A stretch of 64,000 nucleotides of DNA from Marmoricola sp. (GCA_051954195.1 JBQCHZ010000015.1:18357-82356), one strand, 5' to 3'. Counted from the stretch's first letter, positions 1 to 9,294 are shown. Numbers and translations are program-made. The notes: generated by a model from the letters alone, not told the origin.

Positions 1-860
1 AGGTTCTGGTCCATCGGGTGGTCCGGGAAGTGCTGCCGGGCGTCCTCGGGCGAGTACAGCCGGGCGACCGAGGGTCGGTAGCCCGTGGTGAGCACCTCGC
101 GGAGGATCCGCACGCCGTCGGCGAAGGCGGGCACGAGGAAGCCGTGATAGCGGGCGGTGTCGGGGTAGAACCGGAAGACCTTGACGGTTACCTCGGTGAT
201 GAAGGCGAGCGCGCCCTCGTTGCCGATCACGATGTGGCGGATGTCGGGGCCGGCCGCACGGCGGGGGACGTTCTTGATCCGAACGACGCGCCCGCCGGGC
301 AGGACGGCCTCCAGCCCGACGACCATGTCCTCGATCGCGCCGTACAGCGTGGAGAACTGGCCGATCGAGCGGGTGGCGACCAGCCCGCCCATCTGCGCGA
401 TCGGCTTGGACTGCGGGGAGTGACCGGTGGTGAGGCCCTGCTCGCGCAGCTGGTCCTCCAGCCGCTGCAGCGGTACGCCGCACTGCACCGTGACCATCAT
501 GTCCTCGGCGTTCACCGCGAGGACCGCGTCCATCCGCGACCCGTCGAGCACGATCGCGTCCTCCACGACCGTCTCCAGGCCGCCCTCGGTGCTGGTCCCG
601 CCGGTGCGCGGCACCACCGCGATCCGCTCCCGGTCGGCCAGCTCGAGCACCGCCGCCACCTGCTCGGTCGAGGTCGGGTAGGCGATCACCGCGGGGAAGG
701 GCCCGTCGAAGATGCCGTGCACGGCGGTGTACTTGCGGAAGCGGTCGACGCTGCTGGCGCGCAGGTGCTCGGGGTCGGTGTCCACCTGCTCGGCACCGAG
801 GAGGTCGGTGACGGCCGCGGCGATCTCGTCGCGGGTGAGGGTGGAGCGGGAGGCGACCAT
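1..860 (-). CDS. FAD-binding oxidoreductase, YgcU / alkyl-DHAP synthase / GlcD-like (runs off the left edge of the window)
   Basis: Not in the ORF track as a minus-strand ORF; translated by hand from ATG at 860: MVASRSTLTRDEIAA...VVPRTGGTSTEGGLE...GHSPQSKPIAQMGGLVATRSIGQFSTLYGAIEDMVVGLEAVL...GPDIRHIVIGNEGAL. This is a PCMH-type FAD-binding pattern resembling E. coli YgcU. Confidence 0.85.
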   Translation of the reverse strand, partial: MVASRSTLTRDEIAAAVTDLLGAEQVDTDPEHLRASSVDRFRKYTAVHGIFDGPFPAVIAYPTSTEQVAAVLELADRERIAVVPRTGGTSTEGGLETVVEDAIVLDGSRMDAVLAVNAEDMMVTVQCGVPLQRLEDQLREQGLTTGHSPQSKPIAQMGGLVATRSIGQFSTLYGAIEDMVVGLEAVLPGGRVVRIKNVPRRAAGPDIRHIVIGNEGALAFITEVTVKVFRFYPDTARYHGFLVPAFADGVRILREVLTTGYRPSVARLYSPEDARQHFPDHPMDQN

Positions 861-898
861 GGTGGGAAGTCCTTCGGTGGTGGTGAGGGCAGGAGGGG

Positions 899-1684
899 TC
901 AGCGGACGAGGTAGCCGCCGTCGACCACGAGGACGTGGCCGTTGACGTAGTCCGAGGCCGGCGAGGCGAGGAAGACCAGCGCCCCCATCAGGTCGGCGGG
1001 ATCGCCCCACCGGCCGGCCGGGATGTGCTCGACGATGCGCCGGTTGGCCTCGTCGTCACCGCGGGTGGCGGTGGTGATCGCGGTGGCGAAGTAGCCCGGG
1101 GCGATCGCGTTGACCTGGACGTTCGCGGCGCCCAGCTCGTCGCAGTAGGCCTTGGTGAAGCCCACGATGCCCGCCTTGGTTGCGGCGTAGGCCGGCGACT
1201 GCTGGCCACCCAGGAAGGAGAACAGCGAGGCGATGTTGACGATCTTGCCGCCGCCCTGGGCCACCATCCGGGTGGCCGCGGCGTGGGCGATCTCGAAGGC
1301 AGCGGTGAGGTTGACCGCGATCATCGGGTCCCACTGGGACCGGTCGAAGTCGGCCACGTCGGCGAGCAGGCAGATCCCGGCGGAGTTCACCAGGATGTCC
1401 ACGCCGCCGAGCTCCTCGACGCAGCGCTGCACGGCGGCGGCCGGCGCCCCGGGCTCGGTGAGGTCGACCTGCATGCTCGCGTAGCGACGCCCACGCCCGG
1501 TGACGGCGGCCTTCGTGGCGCCGTCGTCGTGGGTGATGCTCGGGGCGAAGACGTCGGCGCCGGCGGCGGCCAGGGCGACCGAGAAGGCGTGGCCCAGGCC
1601 GGTGTTGCCGCCGGTGACGATCGCCCGCTTGCCGGCCAGGGAGAAGTGGTCGAGCCCGAAGCCCTCCACGGCACTGGTGCTCAT
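899..1684 (-). CDS. SDR family oxidoreductase, YgcW / KduD-like
   Basis: TGGNTGLG, NSAG and YAATK motifs; C-terminus ASDYVNGHVLVVDGGYLVR closely resembles E. coli YgcW from memory; ATGA overlap with the upstream aldehyde dehydrogenase. Confidence 0.9.
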   Translation of the reverse strand: MSTSAVEGFGLDHFSLAGKRAIVTGGNTGLGHAFSVALAAAGADVFAPSITHDDGATKAAVTGRGRRYASMQVDLTEPGAPAAAVQRCVEELGGVDILVNSAGICLLADVADFDRSQWDPMIAVNLTAAFEIAHAAATRMVAQGGGKIVNIASLFSFLGGQQSPAYAATKAGIVGFTKAYCDELGAANVQVNAIAPGYFATAITTATRGDDEANRRIVEHIPAGRWGDPADLMGALVFLASPASDYVNGHVLVVDGGYLVR

Positions 1685-3183
1685 TCCGACACCGCCGCGG
1701 TGGCGTAGGGGTCGCGGATGCCGACGTACACGGTCTCGAGGTACTCCTCGATGCCCTCCGCGCCGCCCTCGCGGCCGAGCCCGGAGGCCTTGACGCCGCC
1801 GAACGGCGCCGCCGGGTTGGACACCACGCCGGTGTTGATGCCGATCATGCCCGACTCCAGCTCCTCGGACAGCCGCAGCGCCCGGTCGAGGTCGCGGGTG
1901 AAGACGAACGCGACCAGGCCGTACTCGCAGCTGTTCGCCGAGCGCACCGCCTCAGCCTCGTCGTCGAAGACCATGACCGGGGCGACCGGCCCGAAGATCT
2001 CCTCGCGGGTGATCTCCATGTCGGGTCGCACGTCGGTGAGCACGGTCGGCGGGTAGAACCACCCCGCTCCGTCGGCCACCGCTCCCCCGGTGAGCACCCG
2101 CGCCCCCGAGGCCACCGCGCCGTCGACCAGGCCGGCGACCTTGTCGCGGAAGCGCTCGGCGACGAGCGGACCGAGCGTGGTGCCGTCCTCGGAGCCGGGG
2201 CCCATCACGAACGACCGCATGCGGGCGGTGAGCTTGGTGGTGAACTCCTCCGCGACCGAGGCGTGCACGAGCATCCGGTTGGCGGCGACGCAAGCCTCGC
2301 CGCCGTTGCGCATCTTCGCGATCACGGCGCCCTCGACCGCCTCGTCGACGTCGGCGTCTGCGCAGACGATGAGCGGCGCGTTGCCGCCGAGCTCCATCGA
2401 CACCTTGAGGACCTGGTCCGACGCCGCGGCCATCCGCCGTCGGCCGACGGCGGTCGACCCGGTGAAGGAGAGCTTGCGGAGCCGGCTGTCGGCGAGCAGC
2501 GGGCCGCTGATCGCGCCGGGGTCGGTGGTGGTGACGACGTTGAGGACGCCCGGCGGGAGGCCGGCCTCCTCCATCACCGCGGTGAACAGCAGCGCGGTGA
2601 GCGGCGTGAGGTCCGCAGGCTTGAGCACCATCGTGCAGCCCGCCGCGATGGCGGGGGCGACCTTGCGGGTCGCCATCGCGATCGGGAAGTTCCACGGCGT
2701 GATCAGCAGGCAGGGGCCGACGGGCCGCTTGCGGACGAGCAGCCGGTTGGCGCCGTCGGGTGCGGTGGCGTAGCGACCGGAGATGCGCGGCGCCTCCTCG
2801 CTGAACCAGCGCAGGAACTCCGCGCCGTAGGCGACCTCGCCCCGGCTCTCGGCCAGCGGCTTGCCCATCTCCAGCGTGATCAGCCGGGCGAAGTCGTCGG
2901 CACGCGCGGTCACCAGCTCGAAGCCACGGCGCAGGATCTCGGCGCGGGCGCGGGCCGGCGTACGGGCCCAGGAGCGCTGGGCGCGGTCCGCCGCGTCGAG
3001 GGCACGGAGTCCGTCGGCGGCCGAGGCGTCGGCGACCGTGGCGAGCACGCGACCGGTGGCCGGGTCGTGGACGTCGAAGCGGCGTCCACCCTCGGCCTCG
3101 ACCCAGGCGCCGTCGATGTGGAGGCCGGTGGGGACCTGGGCGAGGAGGGCGCTCACCGCGTCGGGGAGTACGTCGGCGCTCAT
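1681..3183 (-). CDS. gabD: NAD(P)-dependent succinate-semialdehyde dehydrogenase family aldehyde dehydrogenase
   Basis: ITPWNFP, SFTGST, MELGGNAP, GEACVA (catalytic Cys), EEIFGP, PFGGVKASGLGREG. Start trimmed to ATG 3183 (MSADVLP), which overlaps the upstream stop as ATGA. Confidence 0.85.
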   Translation of the reverse strand: MSADVLPDAVSALLAQVPTGLHIDGAWVEAEGGRRFDVHDPATGRVLATVADASAADGLRALDAADRAQRSWARTPARARAEILRRGFELVTARADDFARLITLEMGKPLAESRGEVAYGAEFLRWFSEEAPRISGRYATAPDGANRLLVRKRPVGPCLLITPWNFPIAMATRKVAPAIAAGCTMVLKPADLTPLTALLFTAVMEEAGLPPGVLNVVTTTDPGAISGPLLADSRLRKLSFTGSTAVGRRRMAAASDQVLKVSMELGGNAPLIVCADADVDEAVEGAVIAKMRNGGEACVAANRMLVHASVAEEFTTKLTARMRSFVMGPGSEDGTTLGPLVAERFRDKVAGLVDGAVASGARVLTGGAVADGAGWFYPPTVLTDVRPDMEITREEIFGPVAPVMVFDDEAEAVRSANSCEYGLVAFVFTRDLDRALRLSEELESGMIGINTGVVSNPAAPFGGVKASGLGREGGAEGIEEYLETVYVGIRDPYATAAVSE

Positions 3184-4130
3184 GCCGGGAGCGCCTGGGG
3201 GGTGGCAGCCGGCAGCCGCAGGGTGGAGCCGAGCAGGTCCTCGTAGAGGTGGAACGGGGTCATCTCCCCGGCGCGGTCGCCGTAGGTGGCACGTGCCCGC
3301 CGGTAGACCTGCTCGACGACCGCCGAGACCTCGACCGGCATCCCCACGGCGGCGGCGAGGTCGGTGGAGAGCCCGAGGTCCTTGCAGGCGAGGGCGATCG
3401 CGAACCCCTCGTCGTAGTCGCCGTGCTCGAGGATCGAGAGCACGTCGCGCTCGAGGAAGTTGCTGTTGGCCGGGCTGGCGATGAGCGCGTCGCGCAGCAC
3501 CCCGAGCTCGACGCCGGCCTTGACCCCGACTGCGAGCACCTCCGCCGTGGCGACGAGGTGGGAGAACCACAGCTGGTTGATCATCAGCTTGACCGCGTAG
3601 CCGGCCCCGTGCGGACCCACGTGCAGGATCCGCTCGGGGTCGCCCATCGCCTCGAACACCGGCCGGAGCCGGGCGACCTGGTCGGCGTCGCCGCCGATGA
3701 AGATCTGCAGGCGACCGGTGGCGGCACCGACCGCCATCCCGCTGACCGGGGCGTCGAGCACGACGATGCCCCGGTCGGCGGTGCGGCGGCGGACGTCGTC
3801 GGCGACGGCGGGCACCGAGGTGGACATGTCGATCCAGGTGCCGCCGTGGGGCAGGCCGGCGAGGATGCCGGCCGGCCCGTTGACGACGTCGTTCACGATC
3901 GCCGGGGTCGGCAGCATCGTGATGACGGTGCCGGTGGCCGCGGCGACCGCGGCGGCGGAGTCGGCGATCTCGGCGCCCAGCGCGGCGTACTCCTCGAGGA
4001 CCTCGGGCCGGGTGTCGTGGACCACGAGCTCGAACCCGGACGCCAGCAGGTTGCGGGTCATGCCCGAGCCCATGCTGCCGAGTCCGATGAAGCCGACGCG
4101 GGTCGGCGTGGCGGTCAGGCTGTGCTGCAT
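3180..4130 (-). CDS. NAD(P)-dependent oxidoreductase, 3-hydroxyisobutyrate / 6-phosphogluconate dehydrogenase family
   Basis: VGFIGLGSMG, LDAPVSG, GAGYAVKLMINQL (catalytic Lys); start ATG 4130 (MQHSLTATP). Confidence 0.9.
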   Translation of the reverse strand: MQHSLTATPTRVGFIGLGSMGSGMTRNLLASGFELVVHDTRPEVLEEYAALGAEIADSAAAVAAATGTVITMLPTPAIVNDVVNGPAGILAGLPHGGTWIDMSTSVPAVADDVRRRTADRGIVVLDAPVSGMAVGAATGRLQIFIGGDADQVARLRPVFEAMGDPERILHVGPHGAGYAVKLMINQLWFSHLVATAEVLAVGVKAGVELGVLRDALIASPANSNFLERDVLSILEHGDYDEGFAIALACKDLGLSTDLAAAVGMPVEVSAVVEQVYRRARATYGDRAGEMTPFHLYEDLLGSTLRLPAATPQALPA

Positions 4131-4168
4131 CTGAGGGATGTTCCTTCGAGGACGGAGGGCACCGGCGG

Positions 4169-4681
4169 TCAGCCGGCGGGTGTGTAGAAGGGGTTGTGGA
4201 CGCCGTCGCGGGCGTCGCGGACGTCCTGGACGGCGGGCAGACCGTGCACGCCGTTGCGCAGTGCCGTGGCGGTGGCCTCCCGGTTGTTGCGGTAGACCTC
4301 CTCCGCGTCGTTCGCCGAGGGGTTCACCCACACCGCGCAGATCAGCACCATCTGGTCGAGGTCGAGACCCTCCAGGGTGCCCTCGGCCAGAGCGTCGGCG
4401 ACGCCGCCGGCGACACCGGCCTGCGCCGGGCCCCAGATCATCAGGCCGTGCTCGTCGCCCTCCGGCGCCGCCTTGGTGACGAAGAGCGTCGGCGGCTTCA
4501 CCGGTACGCCGGGCTGCAGCACGGCCATGAACGGGACATGACCGGGGCTGGGGGTGGCCAGGGCCGTCGCCCACGCCGTCCCCACCGGCCCGAGCCGGCT
4601 TCCGAGGACGGTGTTGATGTGGGCGGCGTTGGCGCCGGAGCCGATGAAGGACTCGCCGACCTGGTAGACGGGGTCGCTCAC
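4169..4681 (-). CDS. fae: Formaldehyde-activating enzyme (Fae) family protein
   Basis: C-terminal part of track ORF 4169..5314; GTG 4681 overlaps the SBP stop (GTGA). QVGESFIGSGANAAHINTVLG, PVKPPTLFVTK, WGPAQAGVAGGVADALAEG, NREAT and HNPF align by eye with Methylobacterium Fae ([40 protein letters not shown], HPF). Confidence 0.85.
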   Translation of the reverse strand: MSDPVYQVGESFIGSGANAAHINTVLGSRLGPVGTAWATALATPSPGHVPFMAVLQPGVPVKPPTLFVTKAAPEGDEHGLMIWGPAQAGVAGGVADALAEGTLEGLDLDQMVLICAVWVNPSANDAEEVYRNNREATATALRNGVHGLPAVQDVRDARDGVHNPFYTPAG

Positions 4682-5610
4682 TTGAGGAGTCCGTGCTGGG
4701 CGAGGAAGTCGTGGGCGATGTCCTGGGGGTCCAGGCCGTCGACGTCCGCCTTGGCGTTGAGCTCCTGCATCTGCTCGGTGGTGAGCAGCGGGGAGAGCTT
4801 GGCGACGATGTCCTTGATCGCGGGGTACTTCTTGACGATGTCGGCCTTCATCGTCAGCGCACCCTGGTAGACCGGGAAGAAGTGCTTGTCGTCGTCCATC
4901 ACCGTGAGGTTGAGGGCCTTGATGCGGCCGTCGGTGGAGAACACCTCGCCGAAGTTGCAGTCCTTGCCCTTCTGGGTGGCGGTGTAGATGACGCCGGTGT
5001 CGAGGAGCTTGACGTTGCTGGCCGGGACGTTGATGTCGTAGGCCTTCTTGACGCCGGGCCAGCCGTCGTCGCGGGTGCTGAACTCGCTCTCGATGCAGAA
5101 GGTCTGGTCGGCGGCGGGCAGCTTGGAGACGTCGCTGAGCGACTTCACGCCGAGCTGCTGGGCCTTGTCGGAGCGGACCGCGAAGGCGTAGGTGTTGTTG
5201 AACGGCGCGGGGTCGATCCAGGCGATGCCGTTCTTGGCGTCGGCAGCCTTGACCGCGTCGAACTGCTTCTGCGGGTCGGTGATCGGCTTGGTGTTCTTCA
5301 GGTACGTGATCCACGCGGTGCCGGTGTACTCCCAGTAGCCGATGAAGTCACCGTTCGTCAGGGCCTGGCGGGTGTTGGCCGAGCCGACGAGCTTGGTGTT
5401 GACGTCGACGTCGGCGCCGTGGGCGTTGAGCAGGTCGCCCGTCATGTAGGCGAGGATGTACTGCTCGGAGAAGTCCTTGGAGCCGATGGTGCCGGTCAGG
5501 CCCTTGAGCTCCTGGCCGGCGCTCCCGGAGCTGGAGCTCCCTCCGCCGCACGCCGCGGTCGACGCGAGCATGGTGAGTCCGAGGAGGGCGGTAACGATCT
5601 TCTTCATCAT
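4678..5610 (-). CDS. Glycine betaine/choline-type ABC transporter substrate-binding lipoprotein (OsmF/OpuCC family)
   Basis: Lipoprotein signal (LASTAAC); IGSKDFSEQYIL, YWEYTGTAW, FNNTYA, EFSTRDDG, GEVFSTDGRI motifs. Confidence 0.9.
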   Translation of the reverse strand: MMKKIVTALLGLTMLASTAACGGGSSSSGSAGQELKGLTGTIGSKDFSEQYILAYMTGDLLNAHGADVDVNTKLVGSANTRQALTNGDFIGYWEYTGTAWITYLKNTKPITDPQKQFDAVKAADAKNGIAWIDPAPFNNTYAFAVRSDKAQQLGVKSLSDVSKLPAADQTFCIESEFSTRDDGWPGVKKAYDINVPASNVKLLDTGVIYTATQKGKDCNFGEVFSTDGRIKALNLTVMDDDKHFFPVYQGALTMKADIVKKYPAIKDIVAKLSPLLTTEQMQELNAKADVDGLDPQDIAHDFLAQHGLLK

Positions 5611-5681
5611 GTTCCTTCAGGGTGGGCGGGACGGAGCAGCCGAGGCGGCACGGGGCCGCCACGACGAGGTGGTGCGGGATC

Positions 5682-6512
5682 TCAGAGGCCGCGCGGGCGC
5701 GCGACCTCCTCGACGAGACCGGCGAGCCAGTCGATGAGGATCGCGATGGCGGCCACCAGGCAGGACCCGACGATGAGCACGGGATACCGCTGGAGCTTGA
5801 GGCCGTTGACGATCATGTCCCCGAGACCGCCGGCGTTGATGAAGGTCGCGATGGTGGCGACCCCGACGGCGAAGACCAGTGAGGTGCGCAGGCCGGCCAG
5901 GATCACCGGCGAGGCGAGGGGGAGCTCGATGCGGCGCAGCACCTGCCAGCGGGTCATCCCCATGCCGCGGGCGGACTCCCGGGTGGCGGCGTCTACCTCG
6001 GCGAGACCGGTGAGGGTGTTGCGCAGCACCGGCAGGAACGCATAGGCGACGAGTGCCACCAGGGCGGTGGTGAACCCGGTCTTCCAGGCGATCGCCAGCA
6101 GGATCACCACGCCGACGGCCGGGGTGGCCTGGCCGACGTTGGCGAGCGCGAGCACCACCGAGCGCAACACCTTCGACCGGGCCTCGTGGATGAGCGTCCC
6201 GATCGGGATGGCGAGCACCGCGACCAGCGCGGCGGCGGCGAAGGACAGCTCGAGGTGCTCGCGCACCCGGGCGATGAGGTAGGTGGTGTTGAGCGTGCGC
6301 TGCTCGATGGAGTCGAGGTGCTGGGACTTCACCCAGAGCATCAGCACGACCAGGGCGATCGCGACGAGCACGGGGGTGAGCAGCACCCGCGTGGGAGTGA
6401 GCCCGGTGCTGGTGGAGCCGAGCAGCATGGACCGCTCGTCGGCCGGGTCCGCCTGCTCGGTGGGGTCGCCGGACGCGGAGCGGCGGCCCTGCGCGGGGGT
6501 CTGGAGGCTCAC
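5682..6512 (-). CDS. Osmoprotectant ABC transporter permease
   Basis: Hydrophobic helices with ESARGMGMTRWQVLRRIELPLA (EAA loop) and GGLGDMI; GTG 6512 overlaps the ATPase stop. Confidence 0.9.
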   Translation of the reverse strand: MSLQTPAQGRRSASGDPTEQADPADERSMLLGSTSTGLTPTRVLLTPVLVAIALVVLMLWVKSQHLDSIEQRTLNTTYLIARVREHLELSFAAAALVAVLAIPIGTLIHEARSKVLRSVVLALANVGQATPAVGVVILLAIAWKTGFTTALVALVAYAFLPVLRNTLTGLAEVDAATRESARGMGMTRWQVLRRIELPLASPVILAGLRTSLVFAVGVATIATFINAGGLGDMIVNGLKLQRYPVLIVGSCLVAAIAILIDWLAGLVEEVARPRGL

Positions 6513-7534
6513 GAGGCGGTCACCTCCTGGCGGGGCGTGCGGGTCAATGCGGCCGAGATGTCGGCGTGCCGGAGCTGACCGAGCGGCACACCACGCTCGT
6601 CGACGACGGTGAGGGCGTCCGCGCCGGTGACCACGAGACGGTCGAGGGCGTCGCGCAGGGTGGCCGTCGCGACGAGGGTCGGCCGCTCGCCGCCCTCGGC
6701 GGGTGCGAGACGAGCGGCGGTGACCGGGATCAGCGCGAGCCGCTTGAGGGCGGCACCGGAGCCGATGAACGAGGCGACGTAGTCGTTGGCCGGCGCGGCG
6801 AGGATGGCGTCGGGGGTGTCGAACTGCTCGATGTGGCTGCGCTCGCTGAGCACCGCGATCCGGTCGCCGAGGCGAACCGCCTCGTCGAAGTCGTGCGTGA
6901 CGAAGATGATCGTCTTGCCGATGTCGGCCTGCAGCCGGAGGAACTCCGCCTGGAGCTTCTCCCGCGTGATCGGGTCGGTGGCACCGAACGGCTCGTCCAT
7001 CAGCATCACCGGCGGGTCGGCGGCCAGTGCCCGGGCGACACCGGCGCGCTGCTGCTGGCCGCCGGAGAGCTGGCGGGGGAAGCGCTTGGCGAAGACGGCC
7101 GGGTCGAGCTGCACGGTCTCCAGCAGCTCCTCGACCCGGGCGTTGGTCCGCTGCTTGGACCACCCGAGCAGCCGCGGCACCGTCGCGATGTTGTCGGCGA
7201 TGGTCATGTGGGGGAACAGGCCGATCTGCTGGATGACGTAGCCGATGTGGCGGCGGAGCTGGTCCGGGGCGAGGCCGAGGACGTCCTGGCCGTCGATGCG
7301 GATCGAGCCGCCGGTGGGCTCGATGATCCGGTTGACCATCTTCATGGTGGTGGTCTTGCCGCAGCCGCTCGGCCCGACGAACATCACCAGCTCGCCGGGG
7401 TTGATCGTCATCGAGAAGCCCTCGACAGCCGGGGCGCTCTGGCCGGGATAGACCTTGGTGACGCCGTCGAGCTCGATGCCGACGCCACCGCTGGTGCCGG
7501 CGGAGGAGAAGAGGTGCTTGGTCTGGTCAGCCAC
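6509..7534 (-). CDS. Osmoprotectant ABC transporter ATP-binding protein (OpuCA/OsmV-like, CBS-like tail)
   Basis: GPSGCGKT, LSGGQQQR, LMDEPFGATDP, FVTHD. Confidence 0.92.
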   Translation of the reverse strand: MADQTKHLFSSAGTSGGVGIELDGVTKVYPGQSAPAVEGFSMTINPGELVMFVGPSGCGKTTTMKMVNRIIEPTGGSIRIDGQDVLGLAPDQLRRHIGYVIQQIGLFPHMTIADNIATVPRLLGWSKQRTNARVEELLETVQLDPAVFAKRFPRQLSGGQQQRAGVARALAADPPVMLMDEPFGATDPITREKLQAEFLRLQADIGKTIIFVTHDFDEAVRLGDRIAVLSERSHIEQFDTPDAILAAPANDYVASFIGSGAALKRLALIPVTAARLAPAEGGERPTLVATATLRDALDRLVVTGADALTVVDERGVPLGQLRHADISAALTRTPRQEVTAS

Positions 7535-8237
7535 GGAGACCCCTCGGGGTGGTGAAGCGGGCGATGAGGATGAAGAGCCCGTCGACGACGAGGGCCAGGA
7601 GCACGACGAGCAGGGTGCCGCTGAGCGCGTAGTTGAGGGCGTTGAGGGAGCCGAGCGAGGACAGCCCCTGGAAGATGTACTGGCCCAGGCCCGGGCCGGC
7701 GACGTACGCGCCGATCGCCGCGATGCCGATCGCGAGCTGGGTGGCGACCCGGATGCCGGTGAGGATGATCGGCCACGCCATCGGCAGCTGCACGCGCAGC
7801 AGCACCGTCGACCGGCTCATCCCCATCCCGCGGGCCGACTCGAGCACGTGGGAGGGCACCTCGCGCAGTCCGGTGACGCTGTTCCGCACGATCGGCAGCA
7901 TCGAGTAGAGGACCAGCGCGGTGATGGTCGGTCCCCAGCCGAGGCCGAACAGCGGGCTGAGGATCGCCAGCAGCGCCAGCGACGGGACGGTGAGGATCAC
8001 CGCGGTCGAGGTGACGGCCAGGGTGCGCCCGATCGGGCGGTCCCAGACCAGCAGGGCGATCGCGATGCTGATCACCGTCGCGATGCCGACCGAGAGGGCG
8101 ACCACGAGGATGTGGTCGACCAGCATCGTGGTGAGGTCGTCGGAGCGGCGCTGGATGAAGGTCTCGAAGCCCTGGAGGCCGTGGTACTCGTCCGTGCTCA
8201 CCGGCCCGAAGGCGGCGGCCGTCAGAGAGATCTCCAT
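7527..8237 (-). CDS. Osmoprotectant ABC transporter permease
   Basis: ESARGMGMSRSTVLLRVQLPMAWP and GPGLGQYIF; ATG 8237 preceded by GGAGG. Confidence 0.9.
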   Translation of the reverse strand: MEISLTAAAFGPVSTDEYHGLQGFETFIQRRSDDLTTMLVDHILVVALSVGIATVISIAIALLVWDRPIGRTLAVTSTAVILTVPSLALLAILSPLFGLGWGPTITALVLYSMLPIVRNSVTGLREVPSHVLESARGMGMSRSTVLLRVQLPMAWPIILTGIRVATQLAIGIAAIGAYVAGPGLGQYIFQGLSSLGSLNALNYALSGTLLVVLLALVVDGLFILIARFTTPRGLRG

Positions 8238-8340
8238 GTCACCTCCTGGTGGGAGCGAGTGGCTGAGCGATGCGGTGGAGTGCGTGACCCGAGTCACGCC
8301 CTGCGTCCTGCGGAGGACCCTGGCACCGGCGGATCACCAC

Positions 8341-8369
8341 GCACAACGACTGTTGTGCATATGGCAACA
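8341..8369. promoter_or_regulatory. Overlapping inverted repeats between divergent genes; candidate IclR operator
   Basis: GCACAAC-GACT-GTTGTGC (8341-8358) overlapping TGTTG-N9-CAACA (8351-8369), in an AT-richer patch between the transporter operon and the IclR gene. Confidence 0.55.
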
Positions 8370-8389
8370 CACGCCGTACGGTGCTCCGC

Positions 8390-9283
8390 ATGCCGCCCCC
8401 TCCAGCCGGTGCCGCCACGGCGCCGTCTCCTCCCCCGCGCCGCCGCAACAGCAGTGGGCTCGCCCGCGACGTGGAGCTGCTCGAGCTGTTCGCGGGCCCC
8501 GAGGCGCAGCGCGACGGTGGCCTGCGGGTGCTCCAGGTCGCGACGATGCTGGGCCGGGACAAGGCGACGGTGTCGCGGGCGCTGGCGACCCTGGCCGACG
8601 CCGGACTGCTGCGCCGCGACGCCGAGCGGCTGACCTACGAGCTGGGGCCGAAGCTCTACGCCCTGGCGGCGCAGACCCAGGAGGCGACGCTGGTCCGGCG
8701 GGCGCAGCCGCTGCTGCGGCAGATGGCCGCCTCGACCCGGGAGACCACGCACCTGTGCGTGCTGCGCGGCGGCAACGTGCTCACCCTGGTGAGCGAGATG
8801 AGCAGCCAGGTGGTCGGCACGACGAGCTGGGCCGGCACCACCACCGCCGCCTGGCGCACCCCGTCGGGACGGGTGCTCGTCAGCGACTGGGACCGCTCCT
8901 CGGTCGCCTCCTGGTACACCACCCACGGCCACGACGCCGCCCTGGTCAACCCGCCCCGCCCGCAGGGGCCCGGCACGTTCTCGCTGGTCACCGACCCGCA
9001 ACCGGACCGCCTCGTGGTGCGCGACCTGGAGACGCTGTACGCCGAGATCGCGCGCATCCGCCAGCGCGGCTACGCCACCTCCGACGCCGAGCTGGAGGAC
9101 GGCGTGGTCGCCGCCTCGGCTCCGGTGCGCGACGCCGCCGGCACGATCGTCGCCGCGGTGAACATCAGCGCCCCGAAGTCCCGGCTCGGGGGCCGGCTGG
9201 ACGAGATGGGACGCTACGTCGCGAAGTGCGCGAAGGTGCTCTCCGAGCACCTCGGCCACCCCGCGGCACCGCCCGTGGGATGA
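8390..9283 (+). CDS. IclR family transcriptional regulator
   Basis: N-terminal HTH (LELLELF...KATVSRALATLADAGLL, YELGPKL) and effector domain (TPSGRVL, RQRGYATSDAELEDGVVAASAPV, AAVNISAP); start 8381 or 8390. Confidence 0.92.
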   Translation: MPPPPAGAATAPSPPPRRRNSSGLARDVELLELFAGPEAQRDGGLRVLQVATMLGRDKATVSRALATLADAGLLRRDAERLTYELGPKLYALAAQTQEATLVRRAQPLLRQMAASTRETTHLCVLRGGNVLTLVSEMSSQVVGTTSWAGTTTAAWRTPSGRVLVSDWDRSSVASWYTTHGHDAALVNPPRPQGPGTFSLVTDPQPDRLVVRDLETLYAEIARIRQRGYATSDAELEDGVVAASAPVRDAAGTIVAAVNISAPKSRLGGRLDEMGRYVAKCAKVLSEHLGHPAAPPVG

Positions 9284-9294
9284 GGAGGCTGACG

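Noticed and set aside
2425-2460. Unusual VGRRRM in GabD (usually VGRxLM) as a sign of pseudogenisation
   Set aside because: A single substitution; the frame and catalytic Glu/Cys motifs are intact.
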